A DNA stretch of 60,715 bases, filler included, from Stramenopiles sp. TOSAG23-6 (lineage: Eukaryota), in the NCBI GenBank assembly GCA_900128565.1. It is 15 parts of 15 records of this genome, joined end to end, with 100 filler letters (N's around TTAATTAATTAA, not from the genome) between each part and the next. Parts side by side here need not be neighbours in the genome. Positions count along the whole stretch, not along the records: positions 24,375 to 28,333 come from LT637314.1; positions 28,434 to 32,392 come from LT637315.1; positions 32,493 to 36,448 come from LT637316.1; positions 36,549 to 40,501 come from LT637317.1; 11 more parts are not named here. The stretch is one strand, 5' to 3'. The position numbers were made by a program, and so were the translations under genes. The notes beneath the pieces are model-generated. The model saw only the letters and a program-made list of their open reading frames with translations. It did no database searches and was not told the DNA's origin. Of the stretch, positions 25,519-36,601 are shown piece after piece (the stretch's first letter is position 1; the number at the start of each line of letters is the position of its first letter).

Positions 25519-26679
25519 TCATCCTCCTTTGTTTGCTGCATTTCCACGGGCGACAGCTTCATTGTTTGTTGTTGCTGCTGTTTTTGCCTTGTTTGCTCTT
25601 GCTGCATTTCCACGGGCGACAGCTTGAATTTTTNTTGCTGCTACTACTGCTGGAGAATTTGGCATGATAACAGCAGCTAATGCTGCTAGATCCTTCGCCA
25701 TCTCATAAGCAAATTTTCCCAACTTTGCGTTCATAGCTGAACACATATACGGATCAGGCACATAGTTTGCCCCATCTCGCTTGGTGCCTTTTTTGTTAGC
25801 CACATTTTTTTCGCAGTCGTCTCTCAAAGCAGCATTGATAGCCCAGCATACGCGAATAACAGCAAGTGAAAAGAGTTGTTCTTCCTTTTCACCAGCTTGA
25901 CCACCTTGTCCATTCAACACGTAATTCCAGGCTTTCTTTTCACCCCACATCCAATCGTCCCAAGAAGCAATGTAATCTTTGTTTCCAATCGCTTCTTTAA
26001 TGCATGTTTCATCTTTCTTACAGTTTCCCAATTGCGTGAGAGTTGCTGCCGTTTGAGTAGCAGCTTGTTTCAAGTCGCCGCCGTTTGGACAGTCGCTTAC
26101 ACCAAGCACCGTTTCCAAGTCCAAACGAGGATTAACCTTTAAAGTAGACAATACTTCAACTGCATGTTTCGTTGCGCCTCCCCAAGGTTTCTTTTTTCTG
26201 CAAGTGTCAGGATCCATCATTCCGTCTTGTTCAACTGAATCTTTCCACGCTTTCGTAATTGTCTCGGTGATTCTCGAGCACAGCAATTTTTTGTTGTCTT
26301 CTGTATCAGATTCGTTTTTCATTTTGCTCACGGCATGTACAAGCAAACCCTCGCCACTAGCTACACTACAGTCTCCAATAAGAATTTTGATTTGTTTTTG
26401 CAGTGTTTTCCCCTCCCATTTTCCAGCAGCTTGTACAGCAAATTTTTTCCAATCTTCCTTTTTAGCTTCCTGGACGCCGATATTTGTGGGAGGTGTGGGA
26501 GGCCCGCTTTCAGTGGGAGGTGTGGGAGGCCCGCTTTCAGAGGGAGGTCCACTAGATAAATGTTGTTGTCCTGTTTTCAAACGAACAACTCGACATTCAA
26601 CAAGTGTGTGTTTTCCGAGAGTAACAATTAAAAGAAAGCACAGCAAAAAGACATTCCTTGTGGTTTTCTGCGTATTCAT
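25519..26679 (-). CDS. Secreted hypothetical protein with Pro-rich repeats and C-terminal IQ-like motif
   Basis: Signal peptide, 'ESGPPTPPT' x2, Cys-containing body, 'KIQAVARGNAAR'. Confidence 0.7.
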   Translation of the reverse strand: MNTQKTTRNVFLLCFLLIVTLGKHTLVECRVVRLKTGQQHLSSGPPSESGPPTPPTESGPPTPPTNIGVQEAKKEDWKKFAVQAAGKWEGKTLQKQIKILIGDCSVASGEGLLVHAVSKMKNESDTEDNKKLLCSRITETITKAWKDSVEQDGMMDPDTCRKKKPWGGATKHAVEVLSTLKVNPRLDLETVLGVSDCPNGGDLKQAATQTAATLTQLGNCKKDETCIKEAIGNKDYIASWDDWMWGEKKAWNYVLNGQGGQAGEKEEQLFSLAVIRVCWAINAALRDDCEKNVANKKGTKRDGANYVPDPYMCSAMNAKLGKFAYEMAKDLAALAAVIMPNSPAVVAAXKIQAVARGNAARANKAKTAATTNNEAVARGNAANKGG

Positions 26680-27162
26680 ATTCTTGATTCAATAATAGAA
26701 TTCAGTGAGATTGTTTAGCTTTGTATTTTAGAACAAACGTCACGCGATAAGTGAAGTAAACACAGCCTTTTTCGTAGTTTCTATATCAATGAAAGATACG
26801 ATTCTAATAAATGCAAAGAAAGAATGGATATACTGACTGGATATACAACACTTGACTTGATCGACGACACAGGCAGGCTGATGTTTAAAAAGTGAACAAC
26901 ACGAAATACTGAAATTACTATGTAGAAAAAAAACGTACATTTTAGTAACTGTTCATACATACTACTACTACTATATAGTACTACTACAGTACCTATACGT
27001 AAGAAGATCTTTTTAATACTACCATTGAAAGACTGTATACGGATACTTCCCCCACTTTAAAAGATCAACAAGTATAGTCTCAAATCATGATTAAAAGATA
27101 GCNTCTTATCAGTATAGTTGTCAATTTAATGAAGCTTGAAGAATAAACTTTTTGACTGCCAA

Positions 27163-28333
27163 ATGGGAAACGCTGACTCGTCTGCGATCGGGACTTGGTC
27201 TAGTTTTGCTACTGCACCAGATCCTCGAAAGATACATAGACTCACTCCAACTATTTTGAGAAGTGTAAATAACACTCTTTTGAGAATATCTTCCAAAATT
27301 AGAAATGAATATAAGTATATAAGTCTTGAGGAGTTGATTAATATTTTGGAGAGTCAATCATCTAAAGCCTTTAATTCTGATTCAAATATCCCTGAAATAT
27401 CGAAGCAGTTATTATATTTATCTGATGTCGACAAAACTGGAAATGTAACATTTCCATCACTTTGTGCAGCAGTTCAAGCAGCACGTTACGTAGCAGATGA
27501 AATAGAACAGATTGCAAAGAATAGCAATGATGTATGTTTTATTTTTTTTCAAATTCGTTTTTTTTTTTCGTACGAAGTTTTATACCTAACGATTTTTTTT
27601 TTGAAATATTTTTCCAAAATACATACTTCAGACTTTGAGACTCGAGAAAGACGACTTTGTATGTTAGAAGTTCAAAAAGAACAGGAACAAGCACGAACAC
27701 AATTACGATCTGAGCATATTGAGGCAGTAGCAAATAAAAAATCTCAGCTAAATCATTTGTTTAATGAAGTATGTTCTCGATATAATGATAAATTTGAGAG
27801 TAAAAAAAAGACTCATGCGGATGTGATACAACGTTTGGCGGAAGAGCATCGTAATGTTATGGAGGAAGCACAGAGGGAAGAGCAAAAGGAAAGAGAGGCT
27901 GAAATTTCTGAATTGGATAAAAATCTTGAAGCTCATAAATCTATTCTACTTGAAGATCATGTAGGTTTTCAATTTTTTTTAAAATTTTTAAAATTTTTTA
28001 AATTTTTGTACGAAATTTTGTACCTAACAATTTTTTTAGATTTTTTTTGAAATATTTTCTCAAAATACATAGAAAAGCATTGGAAAAATTGTATGACCAG
28101 ATGCAAAATGAAGAAGATGAAAAAACAATACAGCTGCAAAACGAACAAGAAAAAAGATTAGAAACAATTCGTAGAAAATTAGATCAAGAACATGCTGATT
28201 CAATCGAGGATATACAACAACAGCATGTATGTTTTTTTTTTTTTAAATTCGATTTTTTTTTCGTACGAAATTTTGTACCTAACATTTTTTTTTTTTTTTT
28301 TTTTAAATATTTTTCCAAAATACATGGACTTTT
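27163..28333 (+). CDS. EF-hand-like plus coiled-coil protein, 3' truncated
   Basis: 'MGNADSS', 'SDVDKTGNVTFPSL'; introns 27532-27624, 27961-28070, 28227-28325 keep frame. Confidence 0.65.
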
Positions 28334-28524
28334 NNNNNNNNNNNNNNNNNNNNNNNNNNNNNNNNNNNNNNNNNNNNTTAATTAATTAANNNNNNNNNNN
28401 NNNNNNNNNNNNNNNNNNNNNNNNNNNNNNNNNAAAAATTTAATTTTTTTTTTAATTTTTGGAAAAAAAAAAAAAAAAAAAAAAAAAAATTAAATTCTAC
28501 TAATGAAAAACACGAAAAACATAC

Positions 28525-28953
28525 AATATCACCACCAGGAAATGTATAGGCTCCAGTGATGTTAAAAAGTGATCGTTGTTGTATAGCCATAAGCCTAGCT
28601 TTACGCCCACCTGTACCATCTGGATTTCTTGGTATATGGGGTTGAATGAAAATTGCCCCAACTTGTTCTCGAACCTCCCGGTCATTAAAAAATGGAGATC
28701 CTGTCATCTTTTCCCCCCACTGCTTCAACCTCATCTCATCAAGCTTATGCTCTCCACATGGTTTCGCCCATGTTAACCACGGTGCTGATTCTCCTGATGT
28801 ACCATCGTCTAAGCTTTCAATACGGTCTGAAAACTTTGGTGCGTTAAGAAGTCGAAGTCGTTTAGCTTCATCGAGTCTTGCTTTGACAGCTTTGTTCCTT
28901 CTCTGAGTCACAGTCAAAGCTTGTTCCTCATCAGAACTATCAGTATCACTCAT
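28525..28953 (-). CDS. Hypothetical protein, exon 1
   Basis: ATG-initiated coding-like ORF ending at donor 28524 (TT|GTATGT). Confidence 0.55.
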
Positions 28954-29313
28954 TGTATATACTACAAATATAGTTTTCCTTATTTTACCATTGCGTATAT
29001 AATAACTTTGATTGGAGAAGATTATATGTCAATCAAACTATTACTACTACCTGTAGTATATAACAATAAACATATCAATCCAATCTAAATCGAGTGACTG
29101 ACAAACCACGACAAACAACAACTGTTTGTAACTGTCAAGTTGTCAAAGTAAATTTCCAAACTAGTAGTCAAAAAGTCCTTTTGAACGATAGGGGTGTGAA
29201 CTGTAAAGGTAATACTAGCTAGATCTATCCGGGGAGTAGAACGTGTGGCTAACCGATAGCTACTTATTGAACATATCTTGGACAGTGTATGAACATCTCG
29301 AACGTTGAAAAAT

Positions 29314-30078
29314 ATGTTTTGTCCAGACAATACTAGAATATTCGGAGAAAACACACAACGCGTTGGAAGACCACTAACAGCACGTCCACTTTTTAGTAAA
29401 GAACACAACCAAGAGGTAATAAGAGTTCGTCGTTTGAAAACCTCTCAACAAGGACGATGGGGTGACTTGGATATAAATTACCAATTACGTGGGACACGTA
29501 AAAATATAGAGTATATTCCTATCTCTCGGAAACGTATACCTTCGAAAGATTGTACTAGTGATAAGAATGAGGATCATACCATGACCACCTTGACAGACCA
29601 CTCATCTTGTTTCAATACTCCTTTTTCAGAATACCAAGGTCTGGAGGAAACGAAGCATGGAACTTCAATAGATGGTGGGCCTTTGCACTTTGCTTCTGGG
29701 AAAGAATACGGTTACAAATCAAATGATTTTGATGACTTCTTTGACAGGAAACACGGGGAAAAAAATGTTGAGAGATACAAAAAGTATTATATTAAAAATA
29801 ATACCAACCCTACCACCCACAATAGTACTATTAGGCCCGTGTTTACGTCCGGTGGAGCTGGTGCACCTCGGTGTCGTCGAGTCACTAAATTAATGCAAAG
29901 TAATCAACATTTGAAACGACAAAAACCCTCGTTTGGTTCTCAACGATCTGGAAGTTTTAAGTGTAGAAAGAAAATCTTGAATAATTTTAGCCCTAATTCT
30001 AGTAAGAAAAACCTCTGCTTAGATCTACATGGTAAACAATTGGTTCTTTGGAAGTTGAATAAATGTAAACAATATAAA

Positions 30079-30081
<3 letters not shown>
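29314..30081 (+). CDS. Hypothetical basic protein
   Basis: About 255 aa ORF, no recognised motif. Confidence 0.5.
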
Positions 30082-30118
<37 letters not shown>

Positions 30119-30230
30119 ATAGTAATTGAACAAATTTATAAAATGTAAACAATATAAATGAATATATATATATATTTAAGATAGTAATTGAACAAATTTA
30201 TAAAATAATAAACTACTACGATGCTTTCTT

Positions 30231-32392
30231 TTATAAAACAGATTTGTTTGGATTCTGTTTATCAAGAATATCTAGCTCATGCTCTATTTGTTCTTCCTTT
30301 TTCACAGATGCATCATCATCTGTATTATCTGTCTTTTCATCCTTATTGGTCGGCACATGGCGCAATATCGTCTCCTCTATATTATCACCACCTTCTTCAT
30401 CAATCATTTGCATAACTTTCTTCATCAGCGACTTCATTTGCTTTTTTTTATTTGGTTTTTCTGCATCATCATCACCGTCTTCTTCATTAGCATTTTCATC
30501 TTTTTTTATAGGTTTTTCTGCATCTGCAGATATATCTTCATTGTCTTCTTCATTTTCATCTTTTTGTTTTGGTTTTTCTGTACCTTCCTCTGCAGCTGCT
30601 GATGTATCTTCATCNCCTTCTTCATCAACAACTTCATTTTCATCTTTTTGNNNNNNNNNNNNNNNNNNNNNNNNNNNNNNNNNNNNNNNNNNNNNNNNNN
30701 NNNNNNNNNNNNNNNNNNNNNNNNNNNNNNNNNNNNNNNNNNNNNNNNNNNNNNNNNNNNNNNNNNNNNNNNNNNNNNNNNNNNNNNNNNNNNNNNNNNN
30801 NNNNNNNNNNNNNNNNNNNNNNNNNNNNNNNNNNNNNNNNNNNNNNNNNNNNNNNNNNNNNNNNNNNNNNNNNNNNNNNNNNNNNNNNNNNNNNNNNNNN
30901 NNNNNNNNNNNNNGGTTTTTCTGTACCTTCCTCTGCATCTGCTGATGTATCTTCATCGCCTTCTTCATTAACAACTTCGCTATCTGGTTTATTCAATATT
31001 TCAGATTCGGAATCAGGTTCAGATTCATTTTGATTCAATATTTCAGATTCGGAATCAGGTTCAGATTCATTTTGATTCAATACTTCAGATTCAGAATCAT
31101 TTTTATTTGAAGCTGTCGCGCCTGTTTCGCAATCCTTGCATTTTTCTTTTGGAGTTTTGGGCATTTCTGTTTTTGATGGCATGATGGGTACAATGACTGC
31201 AGGGTTTCCTTTGTACTCCACAAAAGTTTTATTTGTACTTTCAGAGGCCAAAACATTATTTTCAACCTCATTTTTGATTTCATAGTGGTTTTGGACATTA
31301 TTTTGAATATTTACAGGGGCACTTGTCGCTCGTTTGCCTATTTTTGGGATACCTGATGGTCCACTAGTAGTATTACTATTAGGCATAAGCTGTGGTTTTA
31401 TTCTGATATTTGGTTTAGTCTTTTTCATATTACGAATGTGAGGATGTTCCTTCTTTTCAGTTGTAACATTTTTATTCGGTGATGAAACAGCTGAAGATGA
31501 ACCTGTATTAGATATTATTGGAGTCTTGGATATTGAATCTGGTATGGTATCATTAATCAGCTTGCAGCAATGTGTAGAATGGTCTCCAAAATCACTACTA
31601 TTACATTTGTCACTTGCACAGTATGCCGTCTTGTCTCGTACAGCTGGTTTTACACAAATATACTCAATTTTGGCAGAGGAGCATAATGCACGTAAACCTG
31701 TGCCTAATGATGGAATAACTTTCTTTTTTGATGAAGTTGTCAGTGGAGCGGTTTTATTTTGCAAATCTTCACCAGTAATCTTTTCAGCTTCACTCTGTGT
31801 AGCAGCTGCAGCTATGCCAGCATTCTTTTTCACTTCATTTGTTGGTGTAATAATAACGTCTACACCAGCGTTCTTTTTCACTTTAGCAGATGGTGTAGTA
31901 ACTGCAGAATTATCAGTAGTTGGTTTTACTTCTTTTTCGGATGTAGCAGCTGCATCTGTATCAGTAGTTGCTTTTACTTCTTCATTTGGTGTAGTAACTG
32001 AAGAATTATCATTAGTTGTTTTTACTTCTTCCTTTGATGTTGCTGCTGCATCTGTATCAGTAGTTGCTTTTACTTCTTTTTCCGATGTAGCAGCTGCATC
32101 TGTATCATTAGTTGTTTTTACTTCTTCTTTTGGTGTAGTAACCGCAGAATTATCAGTAATTGCTTTTACTTCTTTTTCCGATGTAGCATCTACATCTTTA
32201 TCATTAGTTGTTTTTACTTCTTGCTTTGGTGTAGTAACTGCAGAATTGTCAGTAGCGCCTTTTACTTCTTCTTTTGGTGTTGCTGCTGCATCATTTATTG
32301 CTTTTACTACTTCCTTTGGTGTTGCCGCTGCATCTGTATCATTTATTGCTTTTACTACTTCCTTTGGTGTTGCTGCTGCATCATTTATTGCT
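30231..32392 (-). CDS. Low-complexity repeat protein (mucin-like; acidic tail; small Cys domain), 5' truncated
   Basis: 'TDAAATPKEEVK.TND' repeats 31880-32392, Cys cluster 'CSSAKIEYIC..CASDKC..HCC', 'DEDTSADAEEGTEKPK' repeats. Confidence 0.7.
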
Positions 32393-32492
32393 NNNNNNNN
32401 NNNNNNNNNNNNNNNNNNNNNNNNNNNNNNNNNNNNTTAATTAATTAANNNNNNNNNNNNNNNNNNNNNNNNNNNNNNNNNNNNNNNNNNNN

Positions 32493-32815
32493 AGAAACAT
32501 TTGAATCCTCATTAATCCAATCTAAAAATAAGAAACATTTGAATCCTGATTAATCCAATCTCAAACTAAGAATATTTTTGAATCTTCATTAATCCAATCT
32601 AAAAATAAGAATATTTTTGAATAGAATATATAGTAGATATACTTGTATTATGGTTTTTGTATTGGAAAAGTTTTCGTGAATTGAAATGAAACCGAAATGT
32701 TCCGACTTGATGACGTCACACTCACCATTAGGGTTGGGATTGATGAAAATCATGATGACGTCACACTCACCATTAGGGTTGGGATTGATGAAAATCCTCA
32801 ACAATCCAATCTAAA
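32493..32815. repeat. Intergenic short direct repeats (about 39 bp x3; about 45 bp x2 containing TTAGGGTTGGG)
   Basis: ttaatccaatctaaaaataagaa repeated; tgatgacgtcacactcaccattagggttgggattgatgaaaatc at about 32708 and 32753. Confidence 0.75.
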
Positions 32816-32917
32816 AAAAAAGAATATTTTAAAAAACAAATCAAATAAAGAGGAAAATGAGAATCGAGTTTATTTTTTTTGCACGAAATATATTATACAA
32901 ATATACCTTTTAAAATA

Positions 32918-34451
32918 TTATAAAAGTGCACCTTCACCCAAAACATCCAGCATACTCCAGAACTTTCTATCATGTATCGGTGAAAAATATTTTTTTTTTG
33001 GATAAAAATCGTTAGGTACAAAATTTCGTACGTTTTGAAATGAATGATGAAAACGTACATGTTTCGCTTGTATAATCCGATACAAAAATTCAACTGCATC
33101 GACAGTGCCTTCTGCATAGACACCACGACCACAAACATTATGTTCAAATGCTAACTCAACAGTTCCATCTGGCGAAGTCAATTCATACCGATGGTAGGCA
33201 TGTCCATTTATATGATCAAGTAATGTAAAAAAATATATTTTTTTTTGATTTCAACTCATTCGTTAGGTACAAAATTTTTATAGTCATAAAAAAATTTACA
33301 TGTAAAACGTATGAGGAAACATGTATAATTATTTTTTGTTTAGGTACAAAATTTCGTAGAAAAAAAACAAATCATGATGAAAACATACCGCGGGAATGCC
33401 ATATTCGAGTTGAGCTGAAGGTTCACGAATCATTTCAATCTCATCTACTAAAATATCTGCATTTATTTTGTTCTTTATATCAGTATTTTCTGTATTTTGT
33501 ATATTCCCAATATTTTGCCGTTTATTTTGGAGACCTAATTGTGCTAAAGAATAAACAATAGCTTTAGCAGTATGTATTGTGAAAAAATATTTTTTTTGTA
33601 AAATTTGTTAGGTACAAAATTTTTATAAAAAAAAAATATATAAAAAATTGAAAAAAAATAAAACATACACCTGAGGTGTCAGCTTTACCAAATTGATGTG
33701 ACTCAACTACTCGCAGATTATATCCATCTAGAGCGCCTCCAAANTTCTTTGATGCAGCAGCAATCATTGCTTGCATCAAAACGATTGGTTTGCCCATATT
33801 TGGCGCGACGACAGCGTACATGTATTTTGGGAAAATATTTAAAAAAAATTGAAATTTGTTAGGTACATAATTTCCTATGAAAAAAAACTTAAATTCGAAA
33901 TTCATAACGAAAACGTGCATTTCGTTATCGTAATTATTTTCTTCACTGGAGATATCCAAGCTGGATTTTTCATCTAGAACAATTTGACGTAAGGAAGCGG
34001 CATCTTTTTCAGTGTGAAAGGTTGTACCCATGACAAAGGGTAGACGATTTTTAGTGTACCATTCTGCATTACCTAAAGCTGCAGATGGATGTGTATAGTC
34101 TACGGCTAGCAGTGTTCTGCCACTTTTTTTCACTTGACGACAAATTTCAGTCCACGCTTCAACTCTTTCAGAAGGTTTGACCAGCGCAACATTTACATCA
34201 TCTATGCAGAAACTTGATGGGTCAGTTTCTTCACCCGTAAAAGAAAATGGTAAAAGACTCTCAGGACCAAAACGGGAGAGTACTGCTTGAGATACACTTA
34301 TTCCCATCCGACCAGGAACACCATTGACCATCACGACAATCTTATCACTTGACAAAGAGAATGAACGAGCACCATCGGAAAATAAAGATAATGTGCGAGC
34401 AGAAACATTATTGAAAACAGACGCACTGCATCGCATAATCGATGAGTTCAT
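32918..34451 (-). CDS. dapB: 4-hydroxy-tetrahydrodipicolinate reductase (plant-type), 5 exons, N-terminal targeting-like extension
   Basis: 'VMVNGVPGRMG', 'VDYTHP', 'PFVMGTT', 'YAVVAPNMGK', 'ESHQFGKADTSGTAKA', 'GHAYH..TSPDGTV..FEHNVCGRGVYAEGTVDAV'; introns 33820-33918, 33572-33668, 33218-33388, 32972-33058. Confidence 0.93.
33572..33668 (-). mobile_element. Introner-like intron GT...AT inside the DapB DTSG|TAK motif
   Basis: GGT|GTATGT...CACAATAC-AT|ACT restores DTSGTAK. Confidence 0.9.
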
Positions 34452-34857
34452 TATATTGTTTATTTGAATGGAATTTTGTAAACAAACTTTCTTGCGTCGC
34501 GATGAATTCGCGAACCTTTGAAACTTTTTTTTTCGATTTGCTACTTTTTTTGATGGCCGACGCGGTCAAAAAATTGAAAAATTTATAAATTTTAGAATTT
34601 AGAACAATGTCATGCATTCATGAATTCAAATTATATCATTTAATGACCAGGTGAGGCATCTGATCTTCAAGAAGTATTAAACTGGAGGTGACATTAATTG
34701 ACCAACAGCAAACATAGTCTCTAATTTTGAGTTCTTTTTGCTCTTGAGTTTGGCACAATTTCTGCCCTTATGGTAATTGCACAAGGTTAGTATTAAATTT
34801 TCTTCTAGATTATTGCATTCAAAAACGAACTTGGCAAAGTAGTTCTTTGCTACTAGT

Positions 34858-35232
34858 ATGTCGACTGCAAGTTCTGAAACGAAGAAACCACTGAAAGACA
34901 AACGATTTTACCCCGGTTGGAAAGCAGACGAACGTCGGGCCAAAGCGAAAGCTTCAGGTGAATCGATTGATACTTTTGCTCCCGTTGACTCTCTTGGAGC
35001 GAGTAAAAACTGGCGTACTGATCTTTTTATTTATGGAGCTGTTTTAATTTCCTCTATTCTTGCTGTACTTTTTTCCTTTGCCGTTCTAGGCGGGGCAATC
35101 ATTTTTAAAGCTCATGGATTTAGCAAACTTGTTGAAGTTGTATACCTAGTAAAAATGCGCGTATTGTCTTATGTATGGCCAGATGTAAATATTTTCCCCT
35201 TTAATGAAGATTTGGTTGACAGAGAACTTTGA
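34858..35232 (+). CDS. Small membrane protein
   Basis: 124 aa ORF with a long hydrophobic stretch. Confidence 0.6.
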   Translation: MSTASSETKKPLKDKRFYPGWKADERRAKAKASGESIDTFAPVDSLGASKNWRTDLFIYGAVLISSILAVLFSFAVLGGAIIFKAHGFSKLVEVVYLVKMRVLSYVWPDVNIFPFNEDLVDREL

Positions 35233-35351
35233 TAATATTTAAATTCTCCCACAATGAAACAAAAATATTAGACAGAAAACTTTAATTTTATTTCCATTCT
35301 TGTACATTGAAACAAATAATATTTGCTATCTAGATGCTTTGTTATAACTTA

Positions 35352-36374
35352 TTACCTTTCCCCTGTCCATTTTCCTCGNNNNNNNNNNNNNNNNNNNNNN
35401 NNNTCACCGTCACTATCTGGTTGATTTCGTTTGTTAGTCGTTTTTTTTCCATCATCAACAACCAATACCTGTTTTTTTGTCTTCTGTTGAAAAAATGGAT
35501 TTTTTTTTCTCCTCTCTTGAATCAATTTTGACCTTCTTTGGCGGACAATTGCTTTACGGGCCAATTCCGATCTCGATGTCTTGGGTTTGTAGCGACGACT
35601 TCGTTTTTTTTTTCCCGTACCTTTTAAACCTATTTTCGTATTAGTTTCGTGATTTTCTCTACTGCTACTTGAAGTGTTAATGTCTTCTTTAGACGATGTT
35701 CCCGTCGTATTTGAAGCTGTTGCTACTCCCTGCTTTGCATCTGTATTAATTACTGTAGCAGTTTTACCTGTGTTGTGGACTGCTGTTGCAATCGGTAGTT
35801 TCTTCACCACCGACGCTGTTGCATTTACAGCTTCTTCTGGTCGTCCTAAAGTATCTAACACTCTTTCTCTTAGCTTTTCTACATAATCACCTGGCCACTT
35901 TTCTTTAGATGTAGTAACAACAAAAACCAGCTTTATAGAACCGGCCGTTACTAGTGCTAGAATACCTTTTTCTTCATCAACAACAGAGTCACCGAAACTT
36001 TTCACAATATTCACACAAGTTTGCTTCTCTTTTTCGTAGCTACTGTTCGCGTCGTGTTTAAAAGGAAGGATTAATTCAACTTTTCTAATTGTAGAAAGGC
36101 CATTTGATTGTTTCGATGATTGCTGTGAGAGGTTAGTAATCACCATAACGCTGACAATGGCTGCACTAATAACGAAACATATGGCTAAAGCAACAACTCC
36201 TTTCGTCCTACTACAATAGCATCTGTTGCAAAATAATTGACTTTCCTCTGAAGCTAACTGTGTTGATTTAGAAAGATCTACGTGTGGTATATACGCAGCA
36301 GGCGCCACTGACACGACCTTACTATCACTGTAATCATCGCCGTAAGTTTTGTCATATTTTGTTTCCATTTTCAA
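35352..36374 (-). CDS. Single-TM hypothetical protein
   Basis: TM 'GVVALAICFVISAAIVSVMVI', 'AGSIKLVF', basic tail; N gap near the end. Confidence 0.6.
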   Translation of the reverse strand: MKMETKYDKTYGDDYSDSKVVSVAPAAYIPHVDLSKSTQLASEESQLFCNRCYCSRTKGVVALAICFVISAAIVSVMVITNLSQQSSKQSNGLSTIRKVELILPFKHDANSSYEKEKQTCVNIVKSFGDSVVDEEKGILALVTAGSIKLVFVVTTSKEKWPGDYVEKLRERVLDTLGRPEEAVNATASVVKKLPIATAVHNTGKTATVINTDAKQGVATASNTTGTSSKEDINTSSSSRENHETNTKIGLKGTGKKKRSRRYKPKTSRSELARKAIVRQRRSKLIQERRKKNPFFQQKTKKQVLVVDDGKKTTNKRNQPDSDGXXXXXXXXXRGKWTGER

Positions 36375-36601
36375 AAGACTTGGTTAGTTGTGCCTGTTCT
36401 ATCTCAGCTCAAGTTGTCATCGTCACATGACATAAGCCAATGTCAAAANNNNNNNNNNNNNNNNNNNNNNNNNNNNNNNNNNNNNNNNNNNNTTAATTAA
36501 TTAANNNNNNNNNNNNNNNNNNNNNNNNNNNNNNNNNNNNNNNNNNNNTCGTACGAAATTTTGTACCTAACGATTTTTTTTGAAATATTTTTCCAAAATA
36601 C

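Noticed and set aside
30061-30205. Duplicated AT-rich segment with (TA)n
   Set aside because: Ordinary microsatellite-associated local duplication between convergent genes.
31526-32440. 304 aa hydrophobic plus-strand ORF
   Set aside because: Antisense of the minus-strand repeat protein.
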